A stretch of 64,000 nucleotides of DNA, from positions 5,704,001 through 5,768,000 of the forward strand of contig OX597826.1 in the NCBI GenBank assembly GCA_951406725.2. The letters are read 5' to 3'. This DNA is from Octopus vulgaris. Lineage: Eukaryota. Of this stretch, positions 1 to 14,696 are shown piece by piece. Numbering within the stretch: position 1 is the stretch's first letter; every line of letters begins with the position of its first letter. The position numbers and the translations under genes were made by a program. The notes beneath the pieces are model-generated. The model saw only the letters and a program-made list of their open reading frames with translations. It ran no database searches and had not been told where the DNA came from.

Positions 1-284
1 TCTGTAAACGGAATCTCAGATCATTGTGTTGATCTGTTGAGGTACGCAAAACATAATCGAGACACAGGATAAACAAATACGTAGCCAGTGTGTCACTGTG
101 CATTACTCCTGTACGAATATCGAAGAAGTCAGCATCTCCATCTGGTGACCGCACTTTCGCTCGGGTATTTTATACAGCATCATTACTGCCTTTATTGTTT
201 AATCAATGATACCACGTGATGTGATCGTATTACCATTTGGGGCGTCTTTCTTTTGCAGTAATTCTCCCCTTTTCGTCGATTTTT

Positions 285-1308
285 GCGATAGCTAAAACGA
301 AGGAACATCGTGCTTCGGTGAAATTCTCCTTTCTGTTGGGAAAAACAGCGGCCGAATTAGTTGTCATGCTTAAAACAGCTTACAAGAACGTTGCCACGAG
401 CATAACACATTTTGACGAATGCTTTCCACTCTTTAGGGATGGCCACTTGTTGCTTGAAGACCAATCTCTTTCAGGAATATTCACGAACAGATCTTCGAGG
501 GCCATCACCGAACAATTGTGGAACTTGTTGATACGATTGGTGAGCCCTGGAGCTCCTGCCAACGAATTTTGTGTGAGGAATCGTGAATGAAAAGAGCTGC
601 AGCAAAATTTGTGCCTCCTTTGCTCACAGAATATCAAAATCAGTCACGAATGATGCGTGTCATGTACTGAATGAGCAGCTGGAAGTTGATCGGACCTCCT
701 TTCGAAGGTCACCACTGGTGATTAAAGCTACTGCTACGGCTACGACACGGAAATGAAGCAGCAATCAAGTAAAGTGAAGACGCTGCTGATATATTTCATC
801 TATGCTAAAGAATTTCTCCACAGAGAATTTGTTCTTGGTCAAACTGTTAACCAGACGTTTTACTTGGAAGTTCTGAAAGCGTTCGTAAAACAAACGAAAA
901 CGCCGCGACCTGTGACAAAGAGGAAATTGGTGGTTTCATCGCGACAATGTGCCTATGCACACCGCCCTGAGCGTAAAAAAGTCGTTACGAAAAATGGCAT
1001 GACTCCTCTTACCCACCGTCCCTATTAACCCGATTTTGCTCCGTGTGATTCTTTTTTTGTTTCACTAAATGAAAACAGACCTTAAAGGAAAAGGTTATGC
1101 AGATGTGGATGCGGTAAAAAAAGAAACCGACGGAGGCGTTAAATGAAATCACTTGGCAATGAGATCCGGGTCTGCTTCGGTCAGTGGAGAACGCATCTGG
1201 ACCGATGCATGGTTTCAACTGGAGAACATTTTGAAGAAGATGAATGTGTAAAAATGAAAAAGTGAATAAAATAATATTGCAATATTCCGGTTTCTTTTGG
1301 GAACCCTG

Positions 1309-1309
<1 letters not shown>
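285..1309 (+). mobile_element. Degenerate Tc1/mariner element (transposase pseudogene); left end probably outside the window
   Basis: Frameshifted pieces give the mariner N-terminus (KEHRASVKFSFLLGKTAAELVVMLKTAY), a mid region (SKVKTLLIYF...GQTVNQTFYLEVLK) and a decayed HPPYSPDLAPCDF-like motif near 1010-1050. A TIR-like end TTCCGGTTTCTTTTGGGAACCCTG precedes (TA)n. Confidence 0.85.
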
Positions 1310-1369
<60 letters not shown>

Positions 1370-1512
1370 CAATAATAATAAAGGGCAAAACTAATTAATT
1401 AATTAATTATTAATTAAGAAATGGTAGAAATAACAAAATTTTTGGGCTGCTATTTCAAAAAGTTCGGTATGTGGTAAAGCAATTTTTTTTGCTGAACCCT
1501 AATTATATAAAG

Positions 1513-1570
<58 letters not shown>

Positions 1571-2379
1571 TTGTACTGATGTGTTTGGGGAGAGTCATTC
1601 TGTTTTAGTGTCTTTTAATTTAACACACTTACCGGTAAAATTTACATTTATTTCTTTGTTATTTTTCTAGAATTTTCGTTGCGTCTTGCGACCTTTTCAA
1701 TAGTTTTGACTCTCACATACAGATATATGTGTGTGTCTGTGTGCTTGCGTCGGTGTATCCGTTTGTATGCGTATGTGTGTGAGTAAATGTCGGTGCGTCC
1801 GTGTCTTCGGGGATATTTGATTGATAGATAGATAGATAGATTGATTGATTGATAGATTGATTGATTTTATTATCATATAAATTAGTTCTTTTTTAATTCT
1901 TCCAACGTATTTATTTCCTTTCCAGTGTTATTTGAGTTCGCAAGAAAATTATTTGTATCTTAGCTTTTATGTATTTCTTTTTTTTTTGTTTTTTCTATAG
2001 ATCTGTTCTTCTTCAACAAGTTTTATTTATCGCTTTCAGATTTTGGATAAATTATCCCAAACTTTAGACCTATGCCAATGGCGTGCCACTTAGAAAATAC
2101 GGAACGATTTTATCCCACAACGTAATACATGTCTATGTATATGTATTGTAAAAATTATGTCACGTGGTATGCTTAATATCCAGTATAATATCATGTACTA
2201 TATTTATATACATATGGTCCCATACAGATAGACAAACTGAAGAAATGTAAAGACAGATTCTACCAGTTATTGACGGACCATTAGGATATATTTATATTAA
2301 TATACACAAACTCTATGTGTACAATCGTATCTATATTTACATGGTTTGCCAGAAGTTGATCTAATACATGTCTGTACAA

Positions 2380-2444
<65 letters not shown>

Positions 2445-2464
2445 CGCGTGTGTATGTCTGTGTA

Positions 2465-2495
<31 letters not shown>

Positions 2496-2569
2496 GAATT
2501 TTTTATATACATATAAACATTTATATGTATGCAATAATATATGTACGAATGCATGTATATATATTTATG

Positions 2570-2610
<41 letters not shown>

Positions 2611-3323
2611 ATATATATATATATATATGTGTGTGTGCTCGCGCGCGCGTGTGTATGTGTGTGTGTGTGTGTGTAACAGAAAACGTTTGTTTATTCTGTG
2701 GCTGTAGTTGAAATTGCGATTCTCTTGTAACATGAAAATAGTATAGAAGTTCCCGTGTCTTCAGGTATAGCAATTTCCTGAACAATTCAACAAACAGCAG
2801 CCAACTAGACTAAATGCCACCCAAACCCACCCTCACATGTTAACCAACACATTTCATGTCGAACACAAACACTATAATTATCAAAATCTACATTAAATAC
2901 ATCTAGTAACGCTTGGTATTTCAAATCACATGAAAGTACTTTTAAAATATCATATTTTTCCCGGAATATTGCGGTGTGCGCTTTAATATCTTTCAAAGCA
3001 TATTGATTCTGCCTTTGATCTTTTAATGCTCCTTACATTTATTGATTACTAATCGCTTTTTACTCTTCATTTAACATGGTTTTGCATATTTTCCAATAAA
3101 GCAATGAAATTGTTATTAATATTGATCACAGATATTTACCCTTATTTATATTTCACACACATACCCACACATGTATTCACACGCTCAAACCTAATCATAT
3201 ATACATATCCATGAAACAACCAACATACAGCCACCATCATTCACACACATATATACACGTAGTCTTACACATATATAAATTATAAATCATATATATGTGT
3301 GTGCATGTTTGTGTGTGTATGGG

Positions 3324-3374
<51 letters not shown>

Positions 3375-3507
3375 GTATGTATATATATATATATGCAAAT
3401 ATATAGAAAATGTATGTTGCATACACATGATTGTTATAATATTATTAACGATATTGTTATAATATCATTAAGGATATATGTATGTATATATGTATGTATG
3501 TATGTGT

Positions 3508-5499
<1,992 letters not shown>

Positions 5500-6224
5500 A
5501 TAAACATCAAAACTACATTTAGGAAGTCAGCTATAACAACTCCAGCAGCTAGCAACAGTAAACAGCATCTCGGTCGCGTCTCTATACACGGCCATATTTT
5601 TCGTCTCTTTTTCACAACCGATTGGATATTAAATATATAAAACCTTATTATATTTCTTTAATGTTCCAAATGTTCTTTACCGATTTGTGTAAAAATTGTT
5701 ATATACATTTATGAACAGGTGTGAAAATTGTTCTTGCTTTTAGCGAAAACATTTACACAATATATTAAGTATATCATATATTTCCATACTTAAGGGAATA
5801 TGAGTGGTTAGATGTGGTTTTATTGCTTAGTTTTATATAAATATTTATAGTACTTTTTAAAGAATTTCTTTTATTATATCATAATTTCCCAATACTGTTG
5901 AAGAATTTGAAAGAAGCAATTTTCGTTACACATAAGAACTCATACCAGCTCGTATATATGTAACAATATATGCCTATACGTATGTGCGTGTATACATACA
6001 TAGATTCATACAAACACACACACACACACACACATAAATATTTCACTTGTCCATTGCGAGAATAATAACGCAGCGTAGATCTCTGGATACGTATGTTCCA
6101 GAACGAAGTGTTAACTGAGTATAGAGCGATAATTAAAGAGAGATAACAAAAGAATTAATGATTTAAATGTATAATATAATTATTTATTCCTTCGCCATCT
6201 CTCTTTCCTGTATATATAATTAAC

Positions 6225-6465
6225 TGACACTCTGTCGGTTTCGACGACGTGTTTTCTACTTGATCCGATCAACGGTAGAGCCTCCTGGAGAAATTAACGT
6301 CCATCTGGCTGAGCACACCATAGTCATGTGTACTCTTAACGGAGATCTCGGAGATTTAGCGTGAGGCAGAGTGTGACAAGACTGGTTCTTTGAAATACAG
6401 ATACTAAGCATTTTTGCCAGCTGAGTGGACTGGAGCAACGTGAGATAAAGTATCTTGCTCAAAGA
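6225..6465 (-). mobile_element. Partial SINE, same family as 19710-20062
   Basis: Shares CACTC.GTCGGTT..GACGACG, GAAATTAAC, TGGCTGAGCAC and GAGTGTGACAAG.CTGG with the copy at 19710. Confidence 0.65.
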
Positions 6466-6474
6466 TATATGTAT

Positions 6475-6513
<39 letters not shown>

Positions 6514-6532
6514 CTGTGTGTGTGTATTATAA

Positions 6533-6640
6533 GGCGGCGTGGTGGCTACATCTTTAGCACAGAGGTAAAAATGTTTAGTGGCATTTCGTCCGCCTTATCT
6601 TGTGGTTCCGAATTCCGCCGAGATCAACTGCGCCTTCCAC
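6533..6640 (+). mobile_element. 5' fragment of the tRNA-type SINE family of 37494-37724
   Basis: GGCGGCG...GCATTTCGTCCGCC...TTCCGAATTCCGCCGAGATCAACT matches the head of the 37494 copy. Confidence 0.6.
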
Positions 6641-6667
6641 GTGTATATGTACACAAACAAACACACA

Positions 6668-6720
<53 letters not shown>

Positions 6721-6804
6721 AGGTGTGTGTGTGTGTGTGTGTATATATGTGTGCATGAAAGTATTCGTATATTGTGTATATATATATATATATATATATA
6801 TTAA

Positions 6805-7005
6805 TTATGTACTATCTATGTATAGCCCATTCATGAGCCAGTATACTTATCTACAGGAAAAGAAAATCCTGATCTAGGGTTATCCAATAGAATTTTGCTA
6901 CTTTGTATATTTGTCATTTCACCTTCTGCTCTGTGAATACATGAAGTGGTTTTTAGAATCAAGGTTTGACTGGTATCTCTAACATGGTGGTATCTCTTAG
7001 ATATC
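6805..7005 (+). mobile_element. Decayed copy of the HHR-bearing unit at 14503-14715
   Basis: Colinear with the reverse complement of 14503-14715 (ATGT.CTATCT, TTTTGCTA, CATGGTGGTATCTCTTAGATA). The HHR core is mutated (TTCATGA...GAAAATCCTGATC). Confidence 0.65.
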
Positions 7006-7055
7006 TCCCCCCCTCTCTCTCTATATATATATATTAGAAGGTTTGGAGATGATGC

Positions 7056-7285
7056 ACAAGTATTATATATTAGAAGAAATAAGGTACTCAGAAATATGGA
7101 TGGTTTTATATTTACAGATATTTATTAATATGCCAGATGTTCTTTATAAATCATATATTAGCGCTTGCTAATAGTGGACGCAAGCGCTAATATATGATTT
7201 ATAAAAACATCTGACATATTAATGAATATCTGTAAATATAAAACCATCTAGATTTTTCAGTACCTTCTTTCTTCCAATATATATA
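7056..7285. repeat. Long fold-back inverted repeat (~110 bp arms, 11 nt loop) between (TA)n tracts
   Basis: The left arm ending TTTATAAATCATATATTAGCGCTTGC pairs with the right arm starting GCAAGCGCTAATATATGATTTATAAA. Pairing extends to GATGGTTTTATATTTACAGATATT / AATATCTGTAAATATAAAACCATC. Confidence 0.9.
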
Positions 7286-9496
7286 TATATATATCAATTA
7301 TTGCGTACTTATTTCACCTAATTTTTAGATGTGTAGTGAGTAAGGAAACCATCTGAATCAATTTGAATGTCAGAGTGCAGCATATTGATTTGTTACATTA
7401 ATACGAATTGTAAAATCATTTGTATCATTACTGAGTAATATAAAGGGATAATCTATATGCTATTCGTGAAGGTCGAAGCAGGACGTAAATGGTTGCTTTC
7501 ATCGCTCGTGGTGAGTTGCGTTTCAGTAAATTTTAAAATCTTTGTTATGCCTAATTATATAAACTTACGAAGGCGCTAAACTTATTTTTAGGATGAAATG
7601 TTAGATAAGAAATTCGGATGTTTTAAATAATTTAGATAATGTAGTGGTTTGTGAAATCTCAAGTCTACTCTATAACTGATTACTTTCAATGCGTATCTGT
7701 AAGAGTTAGTTTCACGATGAAAAGTCTACCTACGAACTGTTTCTTTTTGTCGTCATATTGTCTCTTAAATCATGGCTGGCAAAGTTAACATTACATTACG
7801 AGAAGAGGATTTATTATTATAACGTTGCCATATATCTGTTGAAAAAAAAAACTTCCTTGTAACAATTCATTATGGTAATAATGAAATATTTTGTGAACTA
7901 ACTGCCATTATCAAAATGGCGTTTGAAATGATAAATTAATATGAAATGTTGCATTAAAACTTTTGTTTAAATTCCTTCAATATAAGAAGATTGTATGACA
8001 GGACTAGGAGATATTTCGAGTAGTTGGTAACAAAGGAGTTCTTCGAATACACATTTAGTAATTGATTCTTTATAAATTAAGTAAATGCTTGAGCTTTAAA
8101 TACATATTGGAGACAGCAACAGAAGACAAAATATAAAAGTTATCAATTTTTCTGCAAATCTTCGTTAAACTTATAATCATATCATAAATCTTATCATCCA
8201 CCTACAAGTTCCAATAATTACTTTAATGTTTCAAGATGATTGCTATGAATAGTTGTACTTATAAACCGTGGACACTGTAAATTTGGGCACCAACTATCGA
8301 TGATTATAATCAGATATTGGTCTTGTTCAATGCATTGTGGGAACCAGCTACTCTTCACTAAAGTCTAACATATCGATTATCGGTTATTCGACATTGACTT
8401 CATTACATTAGATTTAAAGTAAATTGTTCACAGATGGATCGAATCTATTGACCAGGTTTGATTGCGATATGTCACTCTACTACCGATAGATATTATATCG
8501 ATGTTTGATTGATGAGAACCAAATTGAATCTAGTTCAGCTGATCGGTGTACATAAATGTATTGCATATTCATTTGCAACTTAATGTTGCAATTTCTGAAC
8601 AAAAGATTTGTTCGGTATAAACTTCCAACGTACAAACATCTACTACACTAAATTCTTGACGGGTAAATGGTAAGACACTCAATTGTTTTTATGTTTATCA
8701 TTGATACACACGCGCGCGCGCATATGAAACTGTTCCATCCAGTTTTCACCTCTAAAGATATTCAATTACATGTATCTCTTGATCTGGGACTGTATAGCAG
8801 GTATTATCCGAAAAATGCCATTCGTTTTTCGATACTTCGAAACTTAATGTTTAAACTAGATTTTACCATTTCTTTTCATATAATTTTGCCATATTTATCG
8901 AATACTTCCAGGTCTCTTGAACTCATAAACGTCCGTAGTAGAAGGTAGATCAGGCAGTGCACCATAATATTGTCTACCTCTACACATTCAAATGTGGTTG
9001 GGAAGGTCATGTACTCGACTCTAACCAAAACAACATTTAATTGTTCTCGTATAGTTTCAGGAGGTTAAGTAAGTTCCATTGTAATCCTGGTGCTTCTGAG
9101 CTAGGAAAATGGTCTTCAGCAGGAGAGATTACTGCACCATTTCAGGAGGGTCAATCTCATGCATAGCTAGAGTCTAGATTCATCCAAAAATGTTAAGACG
9201 TCAGTTCTAGAGCAGGACGTTGACGTTCATTACTAGTAACCTTTGTTACCCAGGCTCAACTCGCCGCTAGCGGTCTGATATCCACAGGGGTAATGCTAAT
9301 GAAGAAATGCATATGTTTTTTATGTGTTGGTAATCTGTGATGCGGCTGCATATAATATAATATAATATAATGAAATTATTGTATACAGTGCTCAGGTGCA
9401 TCACAACTTGTCAGAAAGTGCATATAAAGTACATGCAGTAATGTAAAAATGTCTGGAAAGCGAACAATGTATGAGTCAGATACATGCCTGAAAATC

Positions 9497-12314
9497 AGGT
9501 GTAGTGTTGGCGAATCTCAGAAAGCATGGAAGTTTTGAAGGATGCAGTGCTCCGACAACTAACAACTGATGCCGGCAGTTTGTTCCATGCTTCAGCAACT
9601 CTCAGCGTGAAAAATGTTTCCTGAAGTCATGGGAGCTGTGTTGTTTTCTGACTTTGTAAATATGTCCACGGGTGTTAGATGGGTGGAGTTTGAAAAGGTG
9701 CTCAGAGTTATTGTTTGTACGATGGTTGATAATTGTATGGGTGTCTGCTAAGTCAGCTGCCAGACGTCGGAGTTTCAATGAGTCCATGCCCAGGGAAATA
9801 AGGCGTTCAGGATATGGAAATTGCCTGATGGAGGGTATTCTTTTGGTTGCACGTCGCTGAACAGCTTCCAGACGATTGATATCCTGGGCAAGATAGGGGT
9901 TCCAGACCGGTGATGCAAATTCCAGGTGAGGTCTTACCATAGCTATATAAAGCCGCAGATATATAGCCGGAGAGCGGCTCACAAAGGATTTGGTGAGTGA
10001 TGCCAAGACACCCTCAGCCTTCTTGACAATTTTAGCGATGTGTTTTGTCAAACGCAAATCACTGTCGACAATAACACCCAGGTCACGTTCACATGAAGAC
10101 TTTTTGAGACTAGTGTTGTGGAGGGAGTAGGTGGATGCTGGGTTTCTCCTCCCAAAATGCATGGTGGTACATTTGTTCACAGCCAGCTTGAGTTGCCAGT
10201 CCATGATCCACTGCTGCATTGTGTCCAAGTCTGCTTGCAATAGAGATCTATAGTGTACATGATTTGACCTCTTTATTTCGAGGTACAGCTTGATGTCATC
10301 TGCATATTTCAGCACTGTGACATTCTTTAAGTTGGCATCTATGTCATTAACATATGCAACAAATAAAAGGGGGCCAAGAACAGATCCCTGTGGTACACCA
10401 GATGTCATCTCATAGTGCGAGGAGTGCTGTCCTAGAACAGTGACAACCCATTTTCGGTTGAAAATAAAGGACGTCAACCAGTTATAGAGTTCGTCTCTTA
10501 CACCCAACGCAGAAAGCTTCACCATAAGTCTTTTGTGTGACACAGAGTTAAAAGCCTTAGCAAAGTCCAGGTAAACAACATCCACCCAGGATCCGCGATC
10601 AGTAATTTGGGTAATGTCCTCAAGAAACTCGATGAGTTGATTACAGCAGCTGGAGTTAGGAATAAATCCGAATTGTGACGGCTGGATGAGGCTGTGAGAC
10701 TTCCAGAAGTTCCAGAGGGTTTCTCTGATACAGGATTCCATCAGTTTGGCAATGCAGCTAGTAAGACTGACGGGGCGATAGTTGACAGGCGATGTGCGGT
10801 CGCCTTTTTTGAACAGAGGGATGACACTGGCAGTTTTCCACTGTTCTGGAGTAACACCATTGTCAAGACAGAATTGGAAGAATAGAGAAAGTTGGCTTAG
10901 AAGAAAGTACCTACCGCGTTTGAGAAGTAGGTATGTAACACCATCGAAACCAGGAGAGGCATAATTGCGTTTATTCTTAAGGTGGTGTTGCAGCATTGCT
11001 GGTGTGTATTGCATAATAGATATAGAGTCCAATGTCAGTGGTGATGAAGATGGAACATTTTGGTCTTCGACAGTCAAGATGCCGGCATAACATCCAGCAA
11101 TGATTTCTACACATTCTTCGGGATTGCCAGTAATCTGTCCTGTGTGGGGATTGCGAAGGGGACCAACTGGAGAGTGGAGTCTCTGCTTTGAGTGCACATA
11201 CTTCCAGAACACTTTGCTGTCAGGGTTAGCTGCAATGCATTGTTCAAATTCAAGCACTGCCTTTTTTGTCACCTGCTTGAGGTGGTTGGCTGACCTATTG
11301 CGCTTTTTCCTGTTGGTCTCTGATTTGTGCAATTTGTATTCCTGTTCAGCATTACGGCGTTCTTTCCCGGCAAGTCGGACTGCTGCAGTCTCCCAAATTG
11401 CACTATTGGGTGGTTTGTTGTGCTTGCGTGGTACTGATGCTGCACATGCTGCCCATATTGAATTCAGAATGTTCTGGAGTATAGTGTCCACATCTCCAGA
11501 GGCATAAAATTCGCGTCAGTTTGGGCGTTGCAGCTCAGTACAATAAGAGCTCCAGTTTGTTTTATTCCAGTCAAAGCGGGCAGTCTGAAGATGGTTGTGT
11601 TTTTTGTTACAACCAATCAGAGACAAGTCGGCCATGATCATGGAATGATCAGAGCCACTTAAAGGATCTTCGGTAGTGACACTAATGATTGTTTCAGGAA
11701 AAGCGGTAAGTAGCAGATCCAAAGTGTTTTTATCCCTTGTGGGGGAGGTAACAACTTGGGACCAATTTGAATTCAGCACCAGTTCAAGGAAATCGTCTGC
11801 ACTTTGCGGCCAACGGAAGGCCTCCCAGTCAATCTCAGGGAAATTGAAGTCGCCCGCAATATACACATATGTGGCTGTTTTCATGGCAGCAGCTCTGAGG
11901 ATATCAAAAAGCTGTGCGTCTTGGCGACAATTTGGAGGACGGTAAACGACTCCGAGCAGAAGTGTTGACATGGTCATGTGTACATTGCAGAAAAATACTT
12001 CCTGCTGAGATTGGTTCAAATCATCACAGGGGATTGCCGATAGATTTGATCGAACATAAATCACCACACCCTCCACGGCGATTAATGCGGTCTTTGCGGA
12101 ACAGGTTGTAGCCGGCTATGCTGAAAACTCCATCACAGAGTGCAGAGTGTGCCCATGTTTCCGTGATTGTGATGAAATCTGGGTTGATACTTTTGACGTA
12201 GGAGACAAAAGGATGCACCTTGTTGCATAAACTACGGGCATTCAAGGACAGCAGTTTATATCTGCATTTCAGATGATGATATACAGGGGATGGCTGATTG
12301 TTCTTGGTTAGTTT
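9497..12314 (-). pseudogene. LINE ORF2: AP endonuclease plus reverse transcriptase, with three visible lesions
   Basis: APE motifs LNARSL, ITETW, GVVYRPP, AGDFNFPEIDW, LDLLL and GSDH. RT motifs YRPVSLTS, VYLDFAKAFNSV, SGVPQGSVLGPLLF, KYADDIKL and VRPHLEFASPVWNP. Lesions: frameshift near 12075, in-frame TGA at 11516-11518, frameshift near 9612. Confidence 0.93.
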
Positions 12315-13588
12315 CCCAAGATTTTTGTATTGCCAGTTGTTGTTGTGGGTGTAGTCTGCTCAGTCCAACTGGCATCCCTTATCCAAGACTCGCCAGACTT
12401 GACAAATTTCTAGATCTGCCCATCATCGCGGAGGCTAAAACTCTCCCGTGGCACAGAGTTGCGATTTAGGGAAGCTACAGAACTAAGCTTTGGGCGTACA
12501 TCGGGTGGTAGGCCAAGACGTGTTCTAAAATTGATAATGTTGTCACGCCGAGCTCTGTCAGCAGCCAGATGGAATGTCCGCGCCTCAGTAGAGCTCGTAA
12601 ACAACAGCCTGATCAGCCTGGGTTTGGACCCCGGTCGGCCAAGGCGGGAAGCACTCTTTGAAGGGACACAGCTGAGATCCTTAGCTGTGTTTCCAATGAA
12701 TGCCTGCAGATCTACCACATCTTCCGGCACTCCGATGGCTATTAATTCATGAGTGGCTGGTTCAGCAACTCCCTCGATGCGTTGACGTTCTGTACGAGCT
12801 ACAGGTAAGTTGCTGAGCAGGGCACTCCGATATGACCCTTCGGTGCGAGTTTTCGGACAGACACTGGTTCTGAGTCCTGCTACTTCACGACTCAAAGCAG
12901 AAATCATTCGTCTAATTTCTGCAACTTCTGTGCTGATGGTCGATCTCTGCTTTAGTTGGGAAGCATCAGGAGAGGAAGGCATGGTTGGTTTTTGTTCCTG
13001 CTGATGTACTTCAGATGGAATGATCAATTTTTGTTGTCGAAGAGCAATAGGGGAGGAAGACATAGGGGGTTTAAGTTTCTGTTTTTGTTGTTCTTCAACA
13101 TGAATGGCCGATTTTTGTTGCTGCTGTTGAAGAGTGACAGGGGAGGAAGACACGGGCGGATTCAGTTTTTGCTGTTGTTCTTCATCAACAGGACTGGTTT
13201 TGGGAGACAAAGTAGTCGGTTTTTGCTGTTCAGCAGCAATGGCAGCGGAAGACACGGTTGTCGGGATTTGTTGTTGCTGTTCAGCAGCAATGGTGGCAGG
13301 GGACACACAAGTCGCCACACAAGTCAGGCAATGAAGTTTATCCATCATAGAAGTATGGTGTCCTTTCTTTTGACCTGGGATCTTCTGAAAGTTTGTGGCA
13401 CATTGAAAGCAGATCGAAACACGACATTTACTGCATTCAACCCATTTACTTGGGAAGGAATTTTCGAGTTTTGTGCATAGATGACAGATGTGATTTGCCG
13501 GGCAACGTTCTATTGTAGGACAGCGACCAGTTTTGTCGCATGGCTCATCCGCGGATGATACCATGGCAGTTTTGTTCTGTCTGCCCAT
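12308..13588 (-). pseudogene. LINE ORF1 with an N-terminal Cys/His (PHD-like) finger, Q/P/S-rich repeats and a coiled-coil-like segment
   Basis: MGRQNK start at 13588; CHLC...WVECSKC...CFQC...CLTC; repeated (V/M)SSxxxxxxQQ units. TAG at 12410-12412 is probably premature because the frame stays open to ...ILGN* at 12308. Confidence 0.8.
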
Positions 13589-14631
13589 CCGTACTGTGGT
13601 GCAAGGTAAACAAAGAAAGAAGGAAAGAAAGAAGAGAAAAAAAAAGTGAAGATACAGCACACTTGTTTGGGAGATAAATAAGATGTTTATTATTTGTTGT
13701 TGTTATTGCTGTTAACTGTTTTCGCTTTCCCCATTGTATGTTCATAAGTAGTTGAAGTTCCTTGGCATAGATTGATCTCCCACCTGTTTGTCCAACTGAC
13801 TGAAGAATATCACGCGACCAGAGTCGAAGAACATAATGTGCGTATAATGGCTCTCCGATATGATTTAACCATTTAGAATGTTGTTTCGGGAATCAACTTT
13901 CCATTTGGAGTGATCCAGATCATTTCATGTTAAGAGGTCATAGTAAGAGGTTAGTTGGCTTTACGATTTCTAGAGCCGAAAGGGAAGTTTGCTTTTACTC
14001 TTTCTTTCTCTACAATTAAGCTACGATGTTGCCCAAGTTCAATGGGTGTATACATTCAACTAAGGAAAATATTCTGTGCTAGCACAGAATATCGTATCTT
14101 CATTTCTTTTTCTCGAAGTGTTGATTTCTTTTGGTGGAGGGGAAAGTCATGATTATTGCTGCGTTCTGACTTCAAATCATACCAACGTCATGCTTTTATT
14201 TCATTGTTTTAGTGTCTATAGGTATAGTAGCATACCGAATTAGTGGCTTGATACATTCATATCCCCGTATGCGGTTATACGTCCAGTATTTTTTCCGATT
14301 CATTAATAGGTTTTTTGCAGAAATCGTTTCTTGATGTGAGGATGTGAAGGATGGGAGAGAGGGTGATTTTTGAAACGCAAATGCAAGGGGCCGGAAGAAA
14401 TACTGCTGAGCCCCTGAACAGACGCTTTAACGTGCAGTAATTTTACTGATATAGTTATATAGAAATTGTTATATACTTGTATGTATATTAAAATTATAAT
14501 TTAGGGTATCTAAGAGATACCACCATGCTGGAAATAGCAGCCAAGACTTGACTCTAAAACCACATAAAATATTCGCATAAGCACCAGGAGAGAAGACAAA
14601 GAGAGAAAATAAACTAGCAAAAAATTACTGG

Positions 14632-14696
14632 ATATTTCCAGATATCGGATTTCAGGCTCTGCATAGGAAATGCCTGGCCTTCATCAGAGGAATATA
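14632..14696 (-). ncRNA. Type I hammerhead ribozyme candidate
   Basis: Minus strand reads ATATTCCT-CTGATGA-AGGC cag GCAT ttcct ATGC aga GCCT-GAAA-T CCGAT A-TC-TGGAAATAT. The core is intact, stem II is two-part, and stem I is imperfect. Confidence 0.7.

Larger units (their letters stand above)
9351..13680 (-). mobile_element. Near full-length CR1-clade (CR1/L2-type) non-LTR retrotransposon with a (ATTAT)n 3' tail
   Basis: ORF1 plus APE-RT ORF2, a short 3' UTR and a (TATAA)4 tail at 9351-9370 on the plus strand. The 5' boundary is approximate. Confidence 0.92.

Noticed and set aside
2236-2262. Isolated CTGAAGA (similar isolated boxes at ~3998, 9113, 13800, 17518, 24805)
   Set aside because: No downstream stem II plus GAAA, so these are chance matches.
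9672-13480. Plus-strand ORFs overlapping the LINE (and those antisense to the Dong and Penelope elements)
   Set aside because: These are antisense shadows of TE coding sequence.
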